A DNA stretch of 64,000 nucleotides, from contig CATNEN010000039.1 in the NCBI GenBank assembly GCA_950097015.1, forward strand, positions 7,316,001 to 7,380,000, given 5' to 3'. The stretch comes from Macrostomum hystrix. Taxonomy: Eukaryota > Animalia > Platyhelminthes. Shown one piece after another: positions 1 through 11,602 of the stretch; the first letter of the stretch is position 1, and each line of letters begins with the position of its first letter. Both the position numbers and the translations under genes were made by a program. The notes below the pieces were generated by a model, which did not search any database, had not been told where the DNA came from, and saw nothing but the letters and a program-made list of their open reading frames with translations.

Positions 1-1266
1 CTTAGCAGAGAAGCTAGCGTACACTTATAAGCTCAAAAAATCCATTGCGATTTTTCAAATAAACTGGCATTTGACCACACACCGTCTCAGAGTCTATGCT
101 CCTTAAGATTATTCAGAGCAAAAGATTGTCTATGGCAGCTGTGTAGGCAAAGCTTGGCAGAAAAGCTAGCGTACACTTCTGTGCTCAATTATTATTATTA
201 TTATTATTATTATTAAAACGCGCACGCCATCTATGGGTGCTGATTTTTTTTTAATATATATTTTTTAACAACACATTTAAATGAACAACGAAAAGCAACA
301 TAAAAAGCGAAAAGCATCAATAACTCGCCTCTGGAGCAATTTTTCGAAACCAAATTTTTGTGGGAAAAACTTACATATGTTTACTGTAGACCTGTTAAAT
401 TACTGGGCTATAGGCCAAACTGCTCACTCACAGTTTGTTTTTTGGGACACCCGTTTAAAAAAATCCTGGTCGTAGACATTCAAGGCGAGCAACAGAGGGC
501 CTTCATTGGTGGACTCAAAAACAGCCGTCCAATATGATGCAATGAGCGGTCCAATAGTCGGTTTTGAGTACGCGTAGCACAGGTTTTTAAGCAAGAAAAC
601 CTATTTTTTTGTAAGTCAAGGTTGAGCAGACACTTACTCTTACCTATAGTGGTGATATAGTGGTCATCTGACTCATGCAAAATGTTTGCTCAGGCACTAC
701 AGAGTATTAAATAAATTAATTCGTCATCTAAAACATTGAATTGGTTAAAACAAATAACCGCTTTAATGGATTCTAATGCTGGAATACAAAACTATTTCAG
801 TGGTTAAAAAAAGAATATTTGCACAATTTTTTCTGAAAACACAGTTTGCAAGCTAAGATGGATACTTGGCTACTCATACTGACACTGTTTTAGATAGTGA
901 GCTGTGCTTAAAAATAGATAAATAGGAAAATTAATTCGCATTAAATTTATTTATCTTCTTAACTATGCAAATGCGAGTGCTCCAGAATGTTTGCTGAATA
1001 CCTCCTCGATGATCTACTACGAGCTACGAGTACAATTTCGTATGAGTTGCTTCGCATGAATATTGAATTGAAATGTAAATATTCTGAGAAAACGAATCAG
1101 CTACTTCTAGGCAGCGCTCTAATTCATTTAAATTGCAATTAACAGAAACAGAACAGGATAAAACCAATAAAACTATTTAGAATTTGTATTTGCTCTTTGC
1201 TGGCATCAAGGAATATTGTTGAATGAGCAGGCCTTAAGAGTAGCTGTTCTGCAGTTGCTTTATTCA

Positions 1267-1998
1267 ATGAAACAGATCGCTATAGTGCTTGTGCTGAGCT
1301 ACCAGCTGTTGCTGGCGGTGCGGGCTCAGTGTCCGTCTCCGTTCAGCTTAGAAGCCGGCAGGTGCGTGTTCGTGAACACCTCGCAGAGGTTCAGCTGGTG
1401 CTCGGCCAACCGGCAGTGCGCATCGATGGGAGGCGAGCTCGTCAACTCGTACGAAACCCTGAAACTGCTGGCTAACATGTCCGTCCTGAACTGCAACTGC
1501 AGTCTGTACTTTGGCGTCACTGACTTGGCTGAAGAGCGCAACAATAACAGGAGCGGCTGGCAGTTGATCAACGGACACGGACTTCTGCCCCTGGACAATG
1601 ACCTCTGGCACAGCTCCGACCCGAACAACATGGGCAACAGGCAGAGCTGCGTCGGCCAGTTCAACAGAGACGACCGGAAGCTGGTGGATCTGGCCTGCTC
1701 CGATCCGCACGGATTCGCCTGCGAGTTCGGCGACGCCGAGATCACCGGAAACACCGTTTGGCAGCGGACCGCTTTCAAGCGCTCAAACTACCATCCCAGC
1801 TCTGAGTACTGCCACACTGACCTGAACGGCGCGCACAGTGAGATAGCTTGCGTTTTCTCGGCCCTGCAGCTGGGAAGCAGCAGACACGTGTTGTACAACA
1901 GCAAACTAAAACGGTGTCGCCTGCTGCAGTTTACTGACTCTCAGGTTGAGGAGGAGATCGAGACCAGTGCTGACTGGGTGAAGTTCAGCACTAATTGA
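1267..1998 (+). CDS. Secreted C-type lectin domain protein with a short C-terminal PAN/apple-like segment; intronless
   Basis: ATG at 1267 gives a signal peptide (MKQIAIVLVLSYQLLLAVRA). CTLD hallmarks follow: CPSPF...GRCVFV, FSWCSANRQCASMGGELV, LYFGVTD, WHSSDPNN, QSCV, LVDLAC...FACE. AATAAA at ~2140. Confidence 0.85.
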   Translation: MKQIAIVLVLSYQLLLAVRAQCPSPFSLEAGRCVFVNTSQRFSWCSANRQCASMGGELVNSYETLKLLANMSVLNCNCSLYFGVTDLAEERNNNRSGWQLINGHGLLPLDNDLWHSSDPNNMGNRQSCVGQFNRDDRKLVDLACSDPHGFACEFGDAEITGNTVWQRTAFKRSNYHPSSEYCHTDLNGAHSEIACVFSALQLGSSRHVLYNSKLKRCRLLQFTDSQVEEEIETSADWVKFSTN

Positions 1999-3535
1999 CG
2001 TTTTGAGTGACAACAAATGGTTTTAATGTGAAGATCTTTGGTTTTTAGAAAACCGTGAAAATATATTGATAGATATTCATCTTTTTGACAAGTGTCCCTG
2101 GTCTGTGTTTAAAATTAACAGCTGATCTTATTTTGTTTCAATAAAAGCTATTTATTTCAGTGAGCCACAGCCGAGGGTCCAACTACGAGTATGTATCCCT
2201 ACTTGTAGCATCCCATACTACTCGTAAGTATCCCATACTACTCGTAGCATCCCAGTAGATCTCATTTGCCCCTCCTGACAGCCTTGCCCGTCTCCCTTTG
2301 GCGCCACCAAGTCTATTTCTTATCTGTCCCACCGGTTGGGGTGACGTGCGTACATCGAGTGTACATTCCCCGCCCCCGCCTGGGCTGGGCCTTTACCCCT
2401 CTGCACCCCAGCACCCCCGGGTGGGGTGCGTACATTGAGTGTACGTTCCCCGCCCCCCCGCCTGGGCTGGGCCTTTACCCCTCTGTCCCACGCTAGTCTG
2501 TTCGCTCTCACCCACTTTCTCGTGTTCGCCCGTTTTGTCTCCGCGATCACGTGATTAGCCTCGTAGCCATCATGTTAGACACAAATGAATGTTCTAAAGG
2601 ATGTGAATCGAGTCCGTGAGGCCGTAAAAAATAACAAAACTGTATGTAAAATTGTTTCAATTCCTTAGTTCCTATGTTTTAGCTACACAAAAAGTTAAAA
2701 TGTATCTACCAGATGTATTTAACAAACCATTTATATAAGAAACATTTGAACCAGTCAAGTCAATTGCAGACAAGGGCAACAAACAAGTTCGGTAAGGACA
2801 AAATCAATTTTAGTTCTAGTGATGATCCACAGAAACTGCCTCCTTACTGAGCACCAAGGAATTGGAACACAGCGAGATGTGAAGTTGAATTACAATACTA
2901 GACACAGAGATACTAAAATAAGCCTTGGAGAGAATAAAAAAACTATATAATGGCATTAAATAAAATTTAGAATTACCAGTTATTAATTTAAAGTTGTTCA
3001 AGACGCCAATTTGCAAAGTATATTTTTGATCGAGTATTTCTGTTCTCTAGATTATAGGCATTCAATGCACCAATATATACAAAATAGAGAATTTATAAAG
3101 CACAGGTCTTTTTTTAGAAAATAACACAAAAGTTCTGAAATAGTCCGCATTTCTTTAACAACATGAAAAATCTATTAAAATGGAATGTGCATTTGTTGGC
3201 GCATGGGCGAACACTACTACTAGTGTGCCTCCTAAGTAGTATCTAAAGTGAAATAATAAGAAAATAATTCTCAACTCGACAGAACTAACCAGCAAAAATC
3301 ACAGAAAGGTTGATTTCGAACAAAGTTACAAATAATTGTGTTTTAAATTCGGCAAGAATTTTCGCAGACAACTTTGCAGGCTAGGGATGTACAAGGATAG
3401 TAAGGAATCCGCGGTTGTAGATTGTTGGGCACCCGATTTACTGCGCGCAGATAACATTAATTTGGACAAACATAGTTACAGATATAGGAGGGAGAGAGCG
3501 GAAGAGAGGTTTTGGAGAGAGCGGAGAAGAGGGAA

Positions 3536-3812
3536 GGGAGCGGACAGCAGGGTAGGGAGCGGACAGCAGGGTAGGGAGCGGACAGCAGGGTAGGGAGCGG
3601 ACAGCAGGGTAGGGAGCGGACAGCAGGGTAGGGAGCGGACAGCAGGGTAGGGAGCGGACAGCAGGGTAGGGAGCGGACAGCAGGGTAGGGAGCGGACAGC
3701 AGGGTAGGGAGCGGACAGCAGGGTAGGGAGCGGACAGCAGGGTAGGGAGCGGACAGCAGGGTAGGGAGCGGACAGCAGGGTAGGGAGCGGACAGCAGGGT
3801 AGGGAGCGGACA
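3536..3812. repeat. 19-bp minisatellite (GGAGCGGACAGCAGGGTAG)n, ~14 copies
   Basis: Perfect tandem copies, read directly. Confidence 0.95.
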
Positions 3813-4229
3813 TTATAGGATGCATCGAGAGCAGTTAAAAGAGCAAGAATCGATAAAGAGCCATAGTTACAAACAGTCAAACAAACTGTAGACGCCATGC
3901 AGCAGTGCATGCTCAGATAAATGAAAGCAAAATATGTTTGAACGCACGCCCAGCTAGCAAAACTATTTTTAACAAACAATAAAATGTAAAAATAAAACTT
4001 TTTCGAAAGCAAGCCAGTAACGCAGATAATTTTACAAGAAACTAAGAATTGCTTTTCTTACAAAAAACCAATTATAAAAAGTACCGGCTAGCCCAGAAAC
4101 ACGGATCATATGTTAATACTGCTTTTATCGCTTTTCTTTCGAGGTGTTGAGCTTTGTGAAGATAAAAAATATTTTAAAACGAATAAATATATGAAGTGAA
4201 GCCTTTGCACTAATCTCAAGGCACATTAT

Positions 4230-7200
4230 TCATAGAGCAGTTTCTCCTGATGTCTCGCGAGACGAGCCCACTGAAGACAAACTGGCTGACTGGGACCGTC
4301 TGCTATTGCCAGTTGATTTGGAGTTCTCGCTACGCGACTGCTGCTGCTGCTGGCCCTGCCTGGGCGGGGTGCTTCGCCGTCCGCTGCGGCGGCGTTGCTG
4401 CTGGTACTGGGCGGCTGCCGCTGAGGATCCGCCGCTGATTCTCTTCTTTGCCGCGGGGTGATAGGTTATACTGGGCTTAGCGGCTGCTACCCGCTGCTGC
4501 TGCTGTTGCTGCTGTTGCTGTTGATGCTGCTGTTGCTTTTGCTGTTGCTGCTGTTGCTGCTGATGCTGCTGTTGCTGTTGCAGGGCCTGTGAATGTCTGT
4601 GACAACAGGCAAACGAATATATATTATTGTCTTCAGGATGAAGGATGAATGACTTCAGATTGTTGAATAACTTCAGGATGTTGAATGACTTCAGGATGTT
4701 GAATAACGTTAGAATGGTGGGTGAATGACTTCAGCATGGTGGATGAATGACTTCAGCATGGTGAATGAATGACTTCAGCATGGTGGATGAATGATTTCAG
4801 GATGGTGGATGAATGATTTCAGGATGGTGGGTGAATGACTTCAGGATGGTGGATGAATGATTTCAGGATGGTGAATGAATGACTTCAGGATGGTGGATGA
4901 ATGATTTCAGGATGGTGGATGAATGACTTCAGGATGGTGGATGAATGATTTCAGGATGGTGGGTGAATGACTTCAGGATGGTGGATGAATGACTTCAGCA
5001 TGGTGGATGAATGATTTCAGGATGGTGGGTGAATGACTTCAGGATGGTGGATGAATGACTTCAGCATGGTGGATGAATGACTTCAGGATGGTGGATGAAT
5101 GACATCAGGATGGTGGGTGAATGATTTCAGGATGGTGGGTGAATGACTTCAGGATGGTGGGTGAATGACTGACTGCATTATTGAGTAGCAATTATACTAG
5201 AATAGCAAGTCTTTCTAAAATTTTTGTAAAATAAATCAAACATAGCGGCTCGCTTCTAACCCAAGCGACTTGATGAGTGAAGCATTTTAAAAGGCCTAAA
5301 ATGCTAGACTAAGACAAACCTGCTGCTCCTAGGTCGTCTGCCGCTTTCCCGCTGGTAAGCCGGCCTCCAATTAACGTTCACAGGCGCGCCAGCTGCTGAT
5401 ACGGGGCCAATAGGATTCGAAGCTGATGAAGCTTTTGTTACGGTTGTCGCAGCAACCGAATGCGCATCGGACGTTGCATTGCCGCCGCCAATTTCCAAGT
5501 CCTCTTCCCAGGCGGTGGACTCCGGCGGCGAAGGAGCCGGATCGCGACGCTGCAGCGAGCGACGCAGGAAATCCTGAGCATTCAGCTGCGAAGCCTGCCT
5601 GGCCTGAGGCAGCGACTGCAACGCCGCTGCGCCAGCCGGACTGCCGCCGTTGACAGCGGGTGGCGGCTGCGTGGGTGTTGCGCGCAGAGGCGGCCTGGTT
5701 GGCAGCTCATCGGGCAGGCTGCCCGACTGTGGCAGCAGGCGCTGCGCCTTCAGCTCGGACAGGGTATCGCGCAGGCACTGCATCACCTGGTGGAAGGGTT
5801 CGAAAGTCGAATCCAAAATCAGTCCGACTGCCGGGTAACTCGCCCTGCTCCCTGAGGTCCCTGAGATCGGTGAGGCCAGAATTTTTGTGGGGCGCAGCCG
5901 CGGGGAGAATTGCTTTGAAGCCAGACGCACTCCTAACAAATCCCCAGGGCTCAGAGACAGCGCACCCAGAACTGCCACCTCGCTGGCTGCCGAAAGCTGA
6001 GAGTGGACACGCAGACAAGAAGTCACGCCAGTCATCCTGGATTCACGCCATTCACGCCAGTACCGCCAGTAAGCTGGATTTCGCGGCGAGGCCACTTTCA
6101 TTTTGAGGTGGAGCCAAAACCTTAAGGGCCAAACTCCAAGGCACAGTAAAGTGTACACTGCCTGACGATGAGAAAGTCAGGGCAGATGTACACACCTGTG
6201 TGAGCGTATGCTCAGGAGTCAGCGAAATGGGCAGAATTGCCTCCTCGCTGGCTGCGGGTCTAGTGTCACCAAATGATGCGCCATTGCCCACAGACCTGCA
6301 ATGACGAGCATTAATAATAATATTATTATTTTATTATTATTATTATTATTAGTATCTTTTTTTTAAAAAATCGCCTGTCGTTAAAAGCAATTCTTTCTTT
6401 TCGCAGTATCGCGCTATTTTACAAAAATAAATTGCAACTTAAGAAGCAGTCAAATCGGGATAGTTTTTTGCTGAGGCGACACGCGTGGTTTACAAAAATC
6501 TGCAGACTGGAGTAACTGGCACACATTTAAACGACAAATTTCGGAATAAAAATTTGTTAGATTTGCATTTTGAAGACAGCAGAGAGCTGCTATATTGATA
6601 CTGCGCAGTTTTTTTAGCAGCAAAGTCACTGAATTGCGAAATTCGAGTGCTTGCAAGTCTTCTGGTTAACAAGCAACTAACTAGCAAGACGTTTGATTTC
6701 TTCTGTAGTGTGAAATCGTGGATTGCCAATTGGAGGATGAACTAACTGCAAGCTTAGCAAAATATTGAAACAAGAAATAAGTTAGTCCAACATGGTCTAA
6801 AACAGGGCCTTCGGTGTTACTAACTGGTGTCACCTGACCCAACTCATCTGCCTCACCTGACCCAACTCATCTGCCTCTCCTGACCCAACTCATCTGCCTC
6901 AACTGACCCAACTCATCTGCCTCTCCTGACCCAACTCATCTGCCTCAACTGACCCAACTCATCTGCCTTACCTGACCCAACTCATCTGCCTTACCTGACC
7001 CAACTCATCTGCCCCACCTGACCCAGCTCATCTGCCCCACCTGACCCAGCTCATCTGCCCCACCTGACCCAGCTCATCTGCCCCACCTGACCCAGCTCAT
7101 CTGCCTCACCTGACCCAGCTCATCTGCCTCACCTGACCCAGCTCATCTGCCTCACCTGACCCAGCTCATCTGCCTTACCTGACCCAGCTCGCCTCACCTG

Positions 7201-9792
7201 ACCCAGCTCATCTGCCTCACCTGATCCTCATTGCAGCTGAAATCCTTCTGTAGGCCGGTCCCCAGAAAGGCCAGCAGCTCCTCATCTGAGTTCATCTTCA
7301 TTAGCCGTTTGTAGTGCAGCCGCATCACAGCAACGGCCATAGCAACCAGCACCTGTTCGCCCAGGGCGACAAAAATGTCCCACAGTCGCAGAGTGATGGG
7401 AAACGGCAGACAGTCCAAGAAGGCCTGCATGAACCAGCGGACAGCGTACGCGGTGACTGGCACAGCGTGCTTGTCGTGTACTAGACGGTCAAGGCGAGGC
7501 ATGAGTTTCTGCAGGCAGGTTCTGTACTGCTCGATGTAGCGCAGCAGTTTCGGAAAGTTCGGTATGAAGAAGCCGTGGAGGCCGTGCCGCGGCCCCGTGA
7601 ACAGCTGGCAGAGGGCCAGAAAGGCTTCCTCTTCGTCGTTGAAGTACAAGAGTAGAAATGCTGCCAGCTGGCTCATGCCCTGGCGATGGTCAGGATAGCG
7701 AAGTTTTTTGAAGTTTCAGAAAAACTATAGTAAATCTCCCACAAAAAATTGTTTCTATACAAGAGATCCTTAAAATTAGACAAAGGAAAAGGAAGCATTC
7801 CTTCACAAAACAAGCGACAAAAAACCACAAAATTGATCCGTAACAGCATTAAAATAGATCGACAACAGCTTCCAAGTAGATCGATAACGGCTTCCAAGTA
7901 GATCGACAACAGCTTCCAAGTAGATCGACAACAGCTCCCAAGTAGATCGATAACGGCTTCCAAGTAGATCGACAACAGCTTCCAAGTAGATCGACAACAG
8001 CTTCCAAGTAGATCGACAACAGCTTCCAAGAAGATCGACAACAGCTTCCAAGTAGATCGACAACAGCTCCCAAGTAGATCGATAACGGCTTCCAAGTAGA
8101 TCGACAACAGCTTCCAAGTAGATCGATAACAGCTCCCAAGTAGATCGACAACAGCTTCCAAGTAGATCGATAACAGCTCCCAAGTAGATCGACAACAGCT
8201 TCCAAGTAGATCGACAACAGCTCCCAAGTAGATCGACAACAGCTTCCAAGTAGATCGACAACAGCTCCCAAGTAGATCGACAACAGCTTCCAAGAAGATC
8301 GACAACAGCTCCCAAGTAGATCGACAACAGCTCCCAAGTAGATCGACAACAGCTCCCAAGTAGATCGACAACAGCTTCCAAGTAGATCGACAACAGCTTC
8401 CAAGTAGATCGACAACAGCTTCCAAGTAGATCGACAACAGCTTCCAAGTAGATCGACAACAGCTCCCAAGTAGATCGACAACAGCTTTCAAACAGATCGA
8501 TTAACAAGCCACAAGATTGTGGGTCGGTGGCAGAGCGGCTAACGCGTCTGCTTCTCGCACCTAGGTCCCTAAGCTCGATTCCGCGGCGAGGCCGCATTAA
8601 TTTGGGGCGCAGCCGCGCAGAGAAGGCTTGGGGGGCTTGTCATGCAATTTACGCCCTTGAGGGCCAACCTCATAGGCACAGTGAGAGTTTACACTACCTG
8701 TCGATGAGAAAGTCAGGGTAGATTTACACGCCTGTGCGAGCGTGTGCCTGTGTACAGTATCTGCGTGCGTGTGTACTCTTGAGTCAGTTAAATGGGCAGA
8801 CTTGCCTCCTTGCTGGCTGCAGGTCTAGCCTTCAGCGTCACCAAATGTCCCCAAACAACGTGCCGTTGGCCGCAGCACTCATACAATTTTTTTTTCTTTG
8901 TGCTTATTAAGCTATAAAATCGATCAAAAAGAGCCAGAAATTTGATTGATAGTTTTGTAGACCAGGAATTCTTTAGATATAGATTTAGATATTTAGAATA
9001 TTCAAGTCACAACAGATAGTTTCCAAACAGCATGACTACCAACTGCAAAATGATCCAACAAACCTGGCAGTATCCAACATCTGTGTTGTACATGCTGTAG
9101 GCTACCAGCACATTGAACAGCACCCGCTGCCTGGCGTTGTACCTGGTCCTATAAAACTCAGTGAAGCGGTAAGTCCGGTTCACGTCCAAGTCAATCTGGT
9201 GCACATCGCCCGAGTGCAGCCTGGCATACTCGCGCACGGCCGGGTAGCCCCAGCGGCAGGACTTTCTGGCGTCGTCTATGGCCAAGAGTTCATACCAGAC
9301 TGGGTAGCGATACTTCTCGGGCACGCCTTTGTACAGGCGGTCCAAGAACTTGCTGCTAAAATCCAGTTTTCCAACAGAGCCGCCGCCGCCGCCGCCGCCG
9401 GTATTTTCTGCCACCACCCGGTGCCAGTTGGCGAACCGGCTGCCGCTGGCGCCGCCAGTTTGATTCGAAGGCTTCAACATTTGGAGCCATTTCGGCTCGC
9501 GACGCTTGTCGGCCCGACGAATACGCTCCTTGGCCAGGATCAGGTCGACAGGAACTCCACCAGAATGATAGAAGCCGAAGTGATCCAGCTGGCTGCCCGG
9601 TGGCACTGGGTCTGCATCAGTCGGAGCAGCCCCAGCTGATAACGAGTTGGAAGGTCCGTCGTCGTAGCGGGCAACAATTTTCGCCCGCTCAGCTGCCTGA
9701 CGGTACATTTCGACATCGGAGGTGGATGCAGCGGCGCGGTCTAGACGAAGTTCAACAACGCGCTGTGGCGCCGCTGAAGGGGCGCTGGTCAT
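4230..9792 (-). CDS. USP6NL: USP6NL/RN-tre-like TBC-domain Rab GAP; exons 9792-9064, 7679-7221, 5786-5320, 4596-4230
   Basis: ERAKIVARYD N-terminus, RLYKGVP, IDLDVNRTYR (IxxDxxR) and GYCQ|GMSQ (YxQ), HGLHGFFIPNFPKL, LPFPITLRLWDIF. All three introns are GT-AG with consistent phases. The last exon is polyQ-rich and ends ETAL*. Confidence 0.88.
4630..5170. repeat. 22-bp minisatellite (GAATGACTTCAGGATGGTGGAT)n in USP6NL intron 3
   Basis: Tandem copies with variants. Confidence 0.95.
5850..6350 (+). mobile_element. tRNA-derived SINE: degenerate partial copy (~5850-5990) and 5'-truncated copy (~6068-6350) with (ATT)n tail
   Basis: Shares GCGAGGCC, GGGCCAA(A/C)CTCCAAGG, CTGCCTGACGATGAGAAAGTCAGGGCAG and GAATTGCCTCCTCGCTGGCTG with the copies at 8520, 29777 and 56868. 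Confidence 0.8.
6830..7220. repeat. 23-bp minisatellite starting at the USP6NL intron 2 donor (sense GTGAGGCAGATGAGCTGGGTCAG), ~17 copies
   Basis: Tandem copies; most regenerate CAG|GTRRG. Confidence 0.95.
7853..8500. repeat. 22-bp minisatellite (TAGATCGACAACAGCTTCCAAG)n in USP6NL intron 1
   Basis: Tandem copies, ~29. Confidence 0.95.
8520..8878 (+). mobile_element. tRNA-derived SINE copy
   Basis: A-box-like TGGCAGAGCGG and B-box-like AGCTCGATTCC, followed by the conserved body shared with the other copies. Confidence 0.85.
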
Positions 9793-11161
9793 GGTCTGGC
9801 CTCTGCTTCTGCTGTTGTTGTTAGGCTGAAATCGTGTAGAAAGAATCAGTGGCATAGAAAACTACATGTAGTTTTAGGATTTTCTGCGCATAATATGCTT
9901 CACACGCTAAGAAACTTGACCAAGAGGCCAAGTGGCACCATTTACAAAAAAGTTTATTAAAGTAAGTAGCATACATATTCGTTTGTAATACTAGATGAGC
10001 CTGTTTAAATAAAATATCATTTAAGTACCTAAATAATGCTGGATCACAACTCTCATTATCATTAGCTATATAGTTTCTTTAGTCATCAATATTTTAGTCA
10101 AAGAAAAACTGTCAATTTATATCATCTAACTTTTTTAATTTCAATTTAATACTTTTGTATTCAGTAAACCATAAATAATGATTACATTGTGCTTACTTAA
10201 GACAAACATTTAATTGATATCTACAAGCAAAAAACTGTCACATTAAAAGTAACTTTTTTTAAACTATCTAAAAAGTACTTATTTGTGATTTTTGTTCTTT
10301 ATGGATATACATCACCAAAAAGTTTTTGATACTGAAAAAAACTAGGAATGAATATCCAAACTAAAGAAGACAACCAACTTTTCAGCAGTAGCTAGTAAAT
10401 AGTCCTTACTCAGATATTTTTCTTTTGAATTTGCAAGTGAAAATGAATATGTGCTTTGAAAATTCAAATTTCAATAATTTTATTTTTAATATTTTAAAAC
10501 ATGAGCAACTGTAAAACGTAGTATTAATTCTAACTCACAACCCTAGCAAGCCATTTAACACAACACACGAATCATTTAATCAGCTAGCAAAAGTAGCGCT
10601 TATCATTAGAAAAAATATTAATTATTGCTTTTCGCTGCAGCTTTATTTTACAACAGATGAAAAGCGATTAAGGACAGGCAAATGTTGGTATGATCCGTTA
10701 ATTTTTAACTTGAAAGGAAGCAGCCTACATCATGTTCCTTGAAAATATGATAATTAAATCCTAATTATAAATTCTACAGTACTAAGTTACATTTTATTAC
10801 ACTAAAAAAACTAAATTATTAAAACATTTATTAAAAATTTTGTGCTGTGTAACTTTTTAAAATAACAAAAAAATATATGTTTGTTTTATTGCTAAATATA
10901 TATGACTTGTATTTTTCTAGGAACCGTTACGACATAATATGTACTAATCTAGTAGAAATAACTATACTCGTTTATAATTTCAGCCTTTCAGCAGTCAGCA
11001 CATCCTGAGAATGAAACATACATATATAGAACATGAAAAAATACCGGGATATATTGTATGTATATTTTCCATATTGATAGCTTCGCATTTGCAGAAGTAT
11101 GACAGAAGTACAGGCATATTGATGTTGTCTAATACTATGATACTTTATAGTGATATTTTTT

Positions 11162-11602
11162 GGATCCTAGACACTTCGTCATCTTACAACTTCGTCATCC
11201 ACTTGGAGGGTAGGACACTTCGTCATCCAGCCAATTGGAATGCTTTAAAGTTTGGTCAGTTCGTCATCTACTAATAACAAGCAATCAAGTTCGTCATCAA
11301 TAAAGTGAGGGTGGGGTGGTGGGGTGGGGCAGAGGTGTGAACACACTTCACATTCACACTCTAAATTGTCAAAAACAGGTGTCAAAACTGATTTCATTAT
11401 AAGAGTTGAAAGATAGGTGCCAACACAATGTGAGGAGGTGGGGAGGGGTGGTTCTGTTCTAACTTTGAAAACTTTTGTTTTATATAAATGACGAAGTGTC
11501 CACAAGTCTAAGTCTCTTCGTCATCCACCCTCTGAGATATTGGACAGATCGTCATCTGGATGACAAAGTTGTAACATGACGAAGTGTCCAGGTAGGCCTA
11601 CC
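11162..11602. mobile_element. MITE (non-autonomous TIR element, possibly MULE-type)
   Basis: ~40-bp imperfect TIRs (CCTAGACACTTCGTCATCTTACAACTTCGTCATCCA / TGGATGACAAAGTTGTAACATGACGAAGTGTCCAGG), GG..CC ends, internal TTCGTCATC subrepeats, flanked by TATTTTTT on both sides. Confidence 0.75.

Noticed and set aside
5787-6158. N-terminal part of the 284-aa ORF 5304-6158
   Set aside because: Antisense SINE and intron sequence; only 5786-5320 is exon.
6239-6252. GCCTCCTCGCTGGC in the SINE, matching the HDV ribozyme P3/L3 as I recall it
   Set aside because: No GG for P1.1 after the putative P1 and no J4/2 CGAA plus P2 3' strand. The segment pairs better as a simple hairpin with AGTCAGCGA. An HDV-descriptor search would settle it.
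7673-8597. Three overlapping long minus-strand ORFs
   Set aside because: Produced by a 22-bp repeat cycling through the frames.
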